DNA of 64,000 bases from a virus (Duplodnaviria > Caudoviricetes), in IMG/VR virus record IMGVR_UViG_3300047564_001818, one strand, 5' to 3'. Shown piece by piece: positions 56,105-64,000 of this stretch. The number at the start of each line of letters is the position of its first letter. Within the stretch, counting starts at the first letter, position 1. The notes below the pieces were generated by a model. That model ran no database searches, was not told the origin of the DNA, and saw only the letters and a list, made by a program, of their open reading frames with translations. The position numbers were made by a program, and so were the translations under genes.

Positions 56105-56521
56105 TTAGAGATTTAGAGGAGTTTGATTAACGAAATAATTACCTGTATAGAAAAATTTTGCACCATTCACTTTTACATCTTTAGGCGAAATATATAGTTC
56201 TAAATAAGTTTCATTTACTATAGCAGACAGTTCCACTAGATCTATGTTAGTATTGTTTCTTGCGTATACGACTAAACTTGCATCATCTACTGTTGCAACA
56301 ACTAAACATTTGACAATTTCTTTATTATTAGCATTTAAATCAACTGTTATAGTATAGTCTGCACCGGAGAAATCTCCTAGATACCAACGCTCTATTAGAG
56401 TTTTTTCATAAATTTGTTGCCAAGAGTTATTGTAGGAAAATCCTGTATTGTTAATTTGGACAGTGTTATTCGATCCTCTACTAAAAACTTCGTTAGCATT
56501 AAACATATTTTTTCCATTCAA
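56105..56521 (-). CDS. putative virion protein
   Basis: 138-aa beta-rich ORF; ATAAATA at 56535-56541. Confidence 0.55.
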   Translation of the reverse strand: MNGKNMFNANEVFSRGSNNTVQINNTGFSYNNSWQQIYEKTLIERWYLGDFSGADYTITVDLNANNKEIVKCLVVATVDDASLVVYARNNTNIDLVELSAIVNETYLELYISPKDVKVNGAKFFYTGNYFVNQTPLNL

Positions 56522-56540
56522 AAGATTACAAATCTATTTA

Positions 56541-58331
56541 TCAGTTTTTAATAGATAGAATTTTCTGATATTCTGGTAGATATAGGTATTCAATATCGCT
56601 TTGCTGTAGGGTCCATAATGCATCTTCTAGTGTTTCTACTAGAGGTTCGCCGCCTAGATTGAAACTGGTATTAAACACTATAGGAACGCCTGTACGCTCT
56701 TTAAATTTTTTTATAATATCGTAGTAGTGAGGATTTTGTTCTCTATTAACTGTTTGAATTCTACAAGTTCCGTCAATATGAATGATACTAGGAATTTTTT
56801 CTTCTACACCCGGTTGACAATCTACAGCATACATCATTGTAGGTGATGACTGCATTCCACGTAGATTAAACCATTCGTGTACATCTTCTTCAAGAATTGA
56901 TCCTGCAAATGGACGGAAATATTCTCTGCGTTTAACTGTATTAACAAAATCTTTGCCATCTTCAAATGTTGGGTCAAAAAGTAGACTTCTGTTGCCCAAT
57001 GCTCTTGGCCCATTTTCTGAACGACCTTGAAATACTGCTACAATGTTTTTATTTGTAATTAAATTCACCAAGGTTTCATGATCAGCATCTTCTACTACAG
57101 CACCGTATTTTTCTGCTACAGAATCTATATCTGCGCTGGTATACTTGTATTCTGGCCCTAAATAGAGATTGTCATCTCTATTTTTTGTATTGTTGTTGCC
57201 GGTAATATTATGATACCAATAGTAAGCAGCACCTATAGAAGTGCCAGCATCGTTTGATATAGGTTCTACATAAAGATTTATATCTAACTCGGCTAACTCT
57301 TTCAAATAATAATAGTTTGCTACACAATTTAACCCATAGCCGCCGCTTAATACAACGTTTTTATTACCGGTTTTTTCTACTGCTAATTTTATCAAATCTA
57401 ATATAGCTTCTTGACTTTCTTTTTGAACTGCATAAGCCAAGTCGCGTCTTGATTCTAGTTGAGTTAAATCTTCTTGTCTTGCTAAAATTTCACTAGGAGT
57501 TTCTAAAAATTCAAATCGCCCTTCGTTAACTACAGCACCATTAGGATAGGTAGGAACAATTACATTTCGATCTGCAGACTGCCATTTTTTGCCGTTACAG
57601 TCTGTATAAATCTTTGGTACTAGACTGTTAGGTTTACCGTAAGGAGATAGACCCATTGTTTTTCCAGCTTCAATTGGACTCCAGCCACAATATTGTGTTA
57701 CTGCTTCGTATGCTTTAACAATGCCTGCTGTTTCGTCTATAATTAGATCAAAGGGATCTTCGTTTTCGTAAAGTTGTATATTAGTTAATTTGTTACTTCC
57801 CCATGGTCCACGACCACCGACGTGTTTGTAAACAGTTTGGAATTCATTTGGGTATGAGCAATCAAACACAGTTTCTAATTCCCATACAGTTGTAGATTCT
57901 CCTCCGGTATTCAAAGGAATAAATGTACCTGCACCATCTACTATCACAGCCGTAGCGGTTTCAAACCCGCTTCTGTAAAAAGCACAGGCTGCGTGTAATT
58001 TGTGATGAACAAAACTAAGATCAATTACCTGTGGATGATCGTACATATTAGCTTTTCGATCAATCAATCCTAATTTTCTTGCAAGACCAGTATAAATGTC
58101 GTCGCCTGTAAAATCTATTTTTCCAGCAGTATCTTTTAAACCTTGAGTATGAGCTATTACAAGATAATCAATCTTGTCTGTATAATCTAAAATTTTAACC
58201 ATAGCAGCAAGTGGGCCGCCGTCGTATTTGTGTCTACTAAGACGTTCTTCTTCTATGCTAAAAACGATCTCGCCATCTTTGAGCAAGCACACACTGGCAT
58301 TGTGACCTCTTGATATTGCTGCGATCCACAT
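56541..58331 (-). CDS. full-length carbamoyltransferase (NodU/CmcH family)
   Basis: HNASVC, EEERLSR, HHKLHAACAFY, GKTMGLSPYG, GGYGLNC, GPRALGNRS, RPFA, NTSFN. Confidence 0.95.
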   Translation of the reverse strand: MWIAAISRGHNASVCLLKDGEIVFSIEEERLSRHKYDGGPLAAMVKILDYTDKIDYLVIAHTQGLKDTAGKIDFTGDDIYTGLARKLGLIDRKANMYDHPQVIDLSFVHHKLHAACAFYRSGFETATAVIVDGAGTFIPLNTGGESTTVWELETVFDCSYPNEFQTVYKHVGGRGPWGSNKLTNIQLYENEDPFDLIIDETAGIVKAYEAVTQYCGWSPIEAGKTMGLSPYGKPNSLVPKIYTDCNGKKWQSADRNVIVPTYPNGAVVNEGRFEFLETPSEILARQEDLTQLESRRDLAYAVQKESQEAILDLIKLAVEKTGNKNVVLSGGYGLNCVANYYYLKELAELDINLYVEPISNDAGTSIGAAYYWYHNITGNNNTKNRDDNLYLGPEYKYTSADIDSVAEKYGAVVEDADHETLVNLITNKNIVAVFQGRSENGPRALGNRSLLFDPTFEDGKDFVNTVKRREYFRPFAGSILEEDVHEWFNLRGMQSSPTMMYAVDCQPGVEEKIPSIIHIDGTCRIQTVNREQNPHYYDIIKKFKERTGVPIVFNTSFNLGGEPLVETLEDALWTLQQSDIEYLYLPEYQKILSIKN

Positions 58332-58332
58332 A

Positions 58333-59283
58333 TTATTTTTTGTCCTTTTTATTTTCTATATGACTTTTAACCGAATTTACAATATAATCAACAATTTTAT
58401 CATTTAACTGCATTAATCTTTCGTTGTTAAGCATACTAACTTCGTCGTAACTAATTCTTATAGGATCGTATATTCTTCTTCCTTCACCTAAGTCAATAAT
58501 ATTAAAATTAGTATCACTAGGATAAGATGTATTGATAGGAAATGTAGAAGATATTAATACCGAAGATCTTTTTTCAAGCGCATGTGCAATGTGTTGGCCG
58601 ACACTGTCGATTCCTACAAAATAATCTGCTTCTGCAATTATTCCTGCCCATTTCTTTAAAGATATATTAATCGGCATTGCTACCGGATCTAACTTATTTT
58701 TTTCAGCTTCTATTTTAAATTCACTCATTAAAACAATACCGTAGTCTTTTTGTAATTTTCTAATAATTTCAATAGTATCAGTTAAAGTTAAAGATCTTCC
58801 GCTTTGATCTACTATAGTATTTCCAAATTCATTGGTTCCTCTACCAAATGGCTGGAATACAATTGTTTTTGATTTTTTAGTTTTTTCTTTTACTTCGTTA
58901 ATTACTTCAATTCCGCTATAAAATTCTTCAGAACTTAGACTGATGCTAGGTCTAGGCAAATCTCTAACGCCCTTGTTGTTTATAGCAATATCAAATGCTT
59001 GTGCTAGACTACACTGTTGATTGTAGTATTCCCAAACTCTATAAGGCTCAGGAGTTACACAATTTCGATTTTTAATTTTATCTACAAATAAATCTTTGTG
59101 TCCTACATCAAATGATCTAGCATGAAGTGTTGAATGTCCTTTAAAAAATTCCATTCCGCCTTCACACACAATAATAAAATCGTCAGTTGGGTTTTCTTCT
59201 TGGTATTTTTCAAAAGCAGGTATGCTGCAAATTACTCTTCCGGCGCCGCCATTTATAAAAAAAGCTGAACTTCTAGCTGTCAT
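58333..59283 (-). CDS. GT9-like (heptosyltransferase-type) glycosyltransferase
   Basis: GGAGRVICSIP, VFQPFG, FVGIDSVGQHIAHAL resemble GT-B family 9 motifs. Confidence 0.55.
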   Translation of the reverse strand: MTARSSAFFINGGAGRVICSIPAFEKYQEENPTDDFIIVCEGGMEFFKGHSTLHARSFDVGHKDLFVDKIKNRNCVTPEPYRVWEYYNQQCSLAQAFDIAINNKGVRDLPRPSISLSSEEFYSGIEVINEVKEKTKKSKTIVFQPFGRGTNEFGNTIVDQSGRSLTLTDTIEIIRKLQKDYGIVLMSEFKIEAEKNKLDPVAMPINISLKKWAGIIAEADYFVGIDSVGQHIAHALEKRSSVLISSTFPINTSYPSDTNFNIIDLGEGRRIYDPIRISYDEVSMLNNERLMQLNDKIVDYIVNSVKSHIENKKDKK

Positions 59284-59304
59284 TGGAATTCCTTAGTGTT
59301 CAGA

Positions 59305-59310
59305 TATTTA
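59305..59310 (-). promoter_or_regulatory. late promoter for the GT9/carbamoyltransferase operon
   Basis: TAAATA directly downstream of a terminator. Confidence 0.55.
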
Positions 59311-59348
59311 CAAAAGAAAAAAGATTCAGACAACAAGTCTGAATCTTT
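59311..59348 (-). terminator. Rho-independent terminator
   Basis: AAAGATTCAGAC-AACAA-GTCTGAATCTTT with a T-rich tail on the minus strand. Confidence 0.8.
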
Positions 59349-59373
59349 CTATTAATTATAAATTTTATAAAAT

Positions 59374-60039
59374 TTAAACTTCGTGAATATCTGGAACTAT
59401 GACTTTCCACGGTTTTGTTGTTTCTAATAAAATTTCGTCAGCATATTTTAGTATTGATATATATCTATTACATCTGTCAATTGCTGATGGTATTTCCAAT
59501 ACTACTGGGTCTTTTAATTTTTCTTCTGTTTGTTGAATTTTATTAAAAATAATAGACTTTATAAACTCTTTGTATCTATCTAAATCTATCGGAGGAAAAT
59601 AAGCATAGGTTACTACTCCATTTTCGTCTACATGCGTTTCTTTTATATCGTAATACCTTACAGCAGAAGGTTCTTCAAAATCAGAAAAACTAAACATGTA
59701 ATTGGGTGCTCCGCTAATGTCACCAATTTGATTTAATTGTTCATTATACTCTGTATTATTTGTATGACCTCTAGATGTTGATAAAAGATCCATCAACAGT
59801 ACATGATTAGGATTATCCGCAGTTAATAGTACAGATCTATGTCTCCAAGTATTAGTAGGATCTGGAAGATCTCCTTCAGACATAAATTGAGGATTTTTTC
59901 CGGTGTTTATGTCAACATAAATCCAGATAGTGTCGGCACCTCGATATGTTGTAGATATTTCTCTATAAGTTGTACCTTCAACATTAAAGTCATCGTTAGG
60001 TGCAGTAAAGACAAATTCTTTTGTAATGTTTTCGCTCAT
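59374..60039 (-). CDS. hypothetical protein, possible fibre-assembly factor
   Basis: 221-aa ORF downstream of the Cys-rich fibre-like gene; AAGGA RBS. Confidence 0.6.
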   Translation of the reverse strand: MSENITKEFVFTAPNDDFNVEGTTYREISTTYRGADTIWIYVDINTGKNPQFMSEGDLPDPTNTWRHRSVLLTADNPNHVLLMDLLSTSRGHTNNTEYNEQLNQIGDISGAPNYMFSFSDFEEPSAVRYYDIKETHVDENGVVTYAYFPPIDLDRYKEFIKSIIFNKIQQTEEKLKDPVVLEIPSAIDRCNRYISILKYADEILLETTKPWKVIVPDIHEV

Positions 60040-60049
60040 AGTTTATTCC

Positions 60050-61087
60050 TTATGTGTTCCAACTTACTAGTATTAGACCCGGACCGCCGATTGTGCCGCA
60101 GCAGCATCCACCGCCGCAAGCAGCTGAACTTTTGCCGCCGCCGCCGGGTAAATTTCCTGCCCAACCACAATAAGCAAAGTTCCCCATACTAAAGTTATTT
60201 TTTTGTTGACGTCCTCCGGCATATGCGGCGCCGCCCACACCCCAATCACAAAAATTCCAAGTGCCGTTATACCCTATCAACGGAGTGCCTTTGCTCCATC
60301 CACACGCTCCGAGTTTGTAAACGTCAAAGCAGGTACAAGTTCTAGCTTCGAAAATTTGATCAATAGTTTTGTATAATGACGAACCTGCAGATAGACTAGT
60401 ATCAACACAAACTTCATTAGATCGGTGTGCAAACCCGGCACAAGTTGATGAACAATACTGTGTAGCACAGTAGCAGGCTGATCCTGCACAACAAGCCATT
60501 GATCCCCCGTTACATGAACCGTTTTGCGCAGTGCTCATACAGTTTGAAATACTGTAGTATTCTGGAAGTGGTGAAGTTGCACTAATACAGTCAGTATCAT
60601 ATCCAGTATTATAATTAACGCCGCAGCCGGAGCACACATAGCTAGTAGCATCTTGTCGACATTGGCCGCCGGTGCCGCCTTCGACGCAACCTACCCAGCT
60701 GCCGATGCCTGCGCCGCCGAGAGTATTACAGTTTGTTAGTCTACTAAATTGCCCGTTATGGCCGCACATACTGCAAAAAGTTAAACAATCACATGCACAC
60801 ACGCAACCGCAAAAACGCATGGGTTGGCCTGTAGTTACAGGTGCTGAACTTCCTTCCCAAACTTTACTAGCATAAGAGCCGCCTTGGCCGCCGGTGCAAC
60901 TCCACGAACAACATCTACCTGGAGCGCCGCCACCGCCTTGGCCCCACATTTCTACTACAACTCGTGTAGCTGTGGCAGGAACACATATACAGCAAGCACT
61001 ACCTGCCAGTATTACACATCTATTTGCACCTGGTGTAGGTCGATTCCAACTTGGATTCCCTATAAATAAATCTCTTAACGTCGCCAT
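60050..61087 (-). CDS. Cys/Gly-rich tail-fibre-tip-like protein
   Basis: VEMWGQGGGG...GGQGGSY and GGPGLILVSW Gly-rich domain motifs; about 38 Cys in 345 aa by hand count. Confidence 0.7.
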   Translation of the reverse strand: MATLRDLFIGNPSWNRPTPGANRCVILAGSACCICVPATATRVVVEMWGQGGGGAPGRCCSWSCTGGQGGSYASKVWEGSSAPVTTGQPMRFCGCVCACDCLTFCSMCGHNGQFSRLTNCNTLGGAGIGSWVGCVEGGTGGQCRQDATSYVCSGCGVNYNTGYDTDCISATSPLPEYYSISNCMSTAQNGSCNGGSMACCAGSACYCATQYCSSTCAGFAHRSNEVCVDTSLSAGSSLYKTIDQIFEARTCTCFDVYKLGACGWSKGTPLIGYNGTWNFCDWGVGGAAYAGGRQQKNNFSMGNFAYCGWAGNLPGGGGKSSAACGGGCCCGTIGGPGLILVSWNT

Positions 61088-61114
61088 ATATAATTCCTAT
61101 TAATTCAAATATTA

Positions 61115-61498
61115 TTAAAACACTATTTTCCAATCACTGCCGTAATAAATGCATTTAAAAGAAGCACTAAGATTAACAGTTAAGTCTGCGTCTGCACCTT
61201 CTATGGTATTTCCGTTTCTACCTATTGTGATGTTTTGACTTGAAAAATTTGTTCCGTCTATAATTTCTATTATTCTTCCTTCTGTAGTGGTTGCAGGTAA
61301 AATAATAGCAATGCTACTGCTGGCTACAACATAATAAGATGCGTCCGAGTCTAGCAATGTCTGCGATGAAGTTATAATAGTTGGTCCCAAAATATTTTCT
61401 GTACCTGCTTGTGGAGATAGCAAGCCAGTGGTTGTTAATTTTACAGTAGTAATATTTCCAAAAACATCACTATCAACTGTTCTTAATAATCTACCCAT
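61115..61498 (-). CDS. small fibre-associated protein
   Basis: IILP...GRIIEIIDG...ITIGRNG.TIEG..ADL motif seen in long tail fibre domains. Confidence 0.6.
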   Translation of the reverse strand: MGRLLRTVDSDVFGNITTVKLTTTGLLSPQAGTENILGPTIITSSQTLLDSDASYYVVASSSIAIILPATTTEGRIIEIIDGTNFSSQNITIGRNGNTIEGADADLTVNLSASFKCIYYGSDWKIVF

Positions 61499-61507
61499 TA
61501 TATTTCC

Positions 61508-61828
61508 TTATACAGTTGAAGTTTCTATACCGTATGCTATTGCATTTACACCGGTAGCACTAGAATAAACAACAATGTTTTTTGTAGCATCTAAAACTAA
61601 TCCAGTTCTTTCTAAAACACCTTTTGCAGCAATACTTACGTCATATTCTATATATTCGCTGTTTGCTGGGGTTCCAGTTGCAGATAGTGCTAATCTTACA
61701 GTTACCGCAGTAGCTCCTCTGTTGCAAATTGTGACGTTAGCAACAGTAAAAGTGTCTGCAGGAACAGTATATAGTGTAGTATTAGTTGTCAATGCCAGGT
61801 CTGCTGTTCCTAAAATTCCTGTAGCCAT
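61508..61828 (-). CDS. small virion structural protein
   Basis: TTLYTVP...VTICNRG; GGAG RBS; ATAAATA at 61854-61860. Confidence 0.7.
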   Translation of the reverse strand: MATGILGTADLALTTNTTLYTVPADTFTVANVTICNRGATAVTVRLALSATGTPANSEYIEYDVSIAAKGVLERTGLVLDATKNIVVYSSATGVNAIAYGIETSTV

Positions 61829-61863
61829 TTTTGTTTTCTCCGTTATCTATATGTATTTATCGA

Positions 61864-64000
61864 TTATGAATTTAAAAAGTAATTCATTGCAATAGGAACT
61901 CCGCTAACTCCTGCTTTAAGATTTAGTTTAGCTTCTACATCAATCTGTCTAGAATTAGTAGTAGTTATCTCTCTTCCTGATATTCGAACCTGTCCTGCTG
62001 TTACACTATTCACATTAAGAGTAGCAGCGCCGCCGCCAATTTGAGAAGTAATATAAGTTTTTATTGCTTTTTGTGTAGGAACAATATTATCACTGTTGGC
62101 ACTAAAAGTGCCGTCGGTGCTAAATTCTGTAATTGTTGCGCCAGTACCGCCTAATCCAAGTTCACCTAGTGACAATTCTTGTAAACCACTTATATTAAAT
62201 GCATCTGCATTAAGTGTAGCAATACCAGTTGATTGTTCGATCGAGAACAAGTCACCTACTCTAAAGTTACCGTCTTGATCAGTACTTGTAAAGAATACTC
62301 TGCCGCCTGCTGATTCTACTGTTTCTTTTGCAGAATCAGGATTATTTACTGGAGTATTTGGATAGTTGGTATCTATAAAGTTTCCTGTTCCTATGTCTAA
62401 GAAGTCGTGTCCAGTTAATCGAACTTGCGAATATCTGCTTCTAACTTCAATTGCTTCTAAGTGCTCAGGTGCATCACTAATTGAAATTTCTGGACTAACT
62501 TGGAATTGTGCAGTATAATTTCCGAGGGTGCCAGCAAGTTCTCTTACAACAACCAATTTAAAGAATTGTCCAGGTAGCCCTGCAAAGGTCACGTTTGAGC
62601 CTGCTAAAGGTTGTTCAGTTAGTCCTTCGACTCTTACAAAAGAACCTGGTTGATAAATGTCAGCAAAGCCGTCACCTGATACTGTAGCACTTGCAGTTAC
62701 AAAACCTGTTCCTCTGTTGGTCCATGTAGGTTGACCTAAAACTCCGTCTTCTATTCTAACCAGTGTCGGTGCTTCGCTAGTATTATTAGGATCAGTAATT
62801 GTTAACAATGGTGCAGTCACATATCCTGCACCTGGATCTAAAATTAATATTTTAATAATTTTTTCATCTTCTACAACTGCTCTCGCCTTTGCCCTGTCTG
62901 AGTATAGTCCGGAAGGTGCAGCATCAAACACTAGTCTAGGTTCAACTATGTACTGTGTAGTGTTGTCAAGAACTGATTCAATTGAGGCTCCAGCAAGATG
63001 ATTCCATCCAGCTGTTCCATCACTGTCTTTATATATTGTAGCAACTTTTGTGCCACTGTTGTAAGACTGTATGTAACCGTACTGTCCAGCACCAGTTCCT
63101 GCAATAATATATATTGCCATGCCCGTGTACTGTCCGCTTGTAGCAACATCAGTATTTGACAGTGTTATAGTTGTTGTATTTCCGCCTTGTGCAGCATTAG
63201 TTGCTGTAACATATCCTGCTCCGCCAAACTGTCCACTACTGTCGTCTAGATCTAGTAATCTAACTTCAAAAACGCCACCGTTTCTTGCGGTAACGGTATT
63301 AATAGTTGCTCCAAATCCCTCACCTTCTAGAGTAATGGTAGTAGCTCCTGAAGTGTAGCCTTGTCCTGCATTTAGATATTGTAGCGAAAGTATATTATTA
63401 CCATCAGTAAACACACTGTCGACCACAGCTTCAAACGATCTATTCGTTACATTACCAGTTATTGGAACTTCTGTAGAATCAATACCTTCAGACACTGTTC
63501 CAAATGAACCATACGAACTGTTACCGTTTGTTGCACGAATTTTTCCGCCGTTTTCTGCTAGATAACCGATATGAGCATAATAAGAGAACACACTTACAAG
63601 TTCTGTTCTGCCTAGATTAGTGCACCATACACCGATACCATCGCTTACTAATTGTGTAAAGTCGTTAGCAACAATACTGTCATTGCCACCGTTGTGTAGT
63701 GCGCCATCTATTTTACAACCGATACATCCTGTGCCAAATGTTGTTACGTTTTGTACATACGGAGATTTATTAGTAATCCACGCACTGGTATCATCTGGTC
63801 CCCAGCCTGGATCGAGACTAACAAACGCACCTGCACTAGGTCTGCGTGTACCGTAAGCGTTTACAGAACCTAAAGTTCCGATCAACCCTTGTACGGTACA
63901 GTTTCTTAATCCAGTTCCGTTTCTTACATAGAACATATCAAGAGCTGTAGAACCTTGTACTGCGTTTACATAATAACGAGCAGCCATTAGAGACTTATAG
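61864..64000 (-). CDS. large tail/baseplate structural protein, 5' end outside the window
   Basis: Frame stays open to the window edge (YKSL-MAARYY); beta-helix-like and GxGY repeats. Confidence 0.8.
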   Translation of the reverse strand, partial: YKSLMAARYYVNAVQGSTALDMFYVRNGTGLRNCTVQGLIGTLGSVNAYGTRRPSAGAFVSLDPGWGPDDTSAWITNKSPYVQNVTTFGTGCIGCKIDGALHNGGNDSIVANDFTQLVSDGIGVWCTNLGRTELVSVFSYYAHIGYLAENGGKIRATNGNSSYGSFGTVSEGIDSTEVPITGNVTNRSFEAVVDSVFTDGNNILSLQYLNAGQGYTSGATTITLEGEGFGATINTVTARNGGVFEVRLLDLDDSSGQFGGAGYVTATNAAQGGNTTTITLSNTDVATSGQYTGMAIYIIAGTGAGQYGYIQSYNSGTKVATIYKDSDGTAGWNHLAGASIESVLDNTTQYIVEPRLVFDAAPSGLYSDRAKARAVVEDEKIIKILILDPGAGYVTAPLLTITDPNNTSEAPTLVRIEDGVLGQPTWTNRGTGFVTASATVSGDGFADIYQPGSFVRVEGLTEQPLAGSNVTFAGLPGQFFKLVVVRELAGTLGNYTAQFQVSPEISISDAPEHLEAIEVRSRYSQVRLTGHDFLDIGTGNFIDTNYPNTPVNNPDSAKETVESAGGRVFFTSTDQDGNFRVGDLFSIEQSTGIATLNADAFNISGLQELSLGELGLGGTGATITEFSTDGTFSANSDNIVPTQKAIKTYITSQIGGGAATLNVNSVTAGQVRISGREITTTNSRQIDVEAKLNLKAGVSGVPIAMNYFLNS

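Noticed and set aside
1-64000. Stop-codon reassignment, introns/inteins, tRNAs
   Set aside because: Core genes (helicase, UvsX, terminase, sheath) are uninterrupted and of plausible length in the standard code; no tRNA cloverleaf or intein motif recognised by eye (tRNAscan not run)

Overview
A 64 kb segment of a large, T4-like (myovirus, probably jumbo-type) bacteriophage genome infecting a Gram-negative host; standard genetic code, dense coding. Layout: (1) 1-3200, a GC-rich early cassette array of small genes, most with their own sigma70 promoter and a shared TAGGGCAA start motif; (2) 3200-3960, a mostly non-coding junction with a G-tract, an 87-bp tandem duplication and hairpins; (3) 3971-15.9 kb, replication genes (helicase, primase, a 189-aa mini-DnaE, putative clamp-loader small subunit, UvsW) interleaved with peptide deformylase, a truncated carbamoyltransferase and kdsA/kdsB; (4) 15.9-24.9 kb, a glycosyltransferase/methyltransferase cluster with an AT-rich island; (5) 24.9-45 kb, uvsY/uvsX/gp32, putative head-internal proteins, terminase, tail tube/sheath and neck genes; (6) 45.4-49 kb, ADP-heptose pathway genes (hldE, hldD, gmhB); (7) 49-64 kb, tail/baseplate/fibre genes with an embedded GT9-like transferase and a full-length carbamoyltransferase. 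The leading hypothesis is a phage-encoded, partly late-expressed glycosylation system that makes both LPS inner-core sugar donors (CMP-Kdo, ADP-heptose), has matching transferases, and may use cupins in place of the missing SIS-domain isomerases. No rRNA, tRNA or CRISPR array was recognised. All family assignments come from motif recognition by eye; no searches were run.
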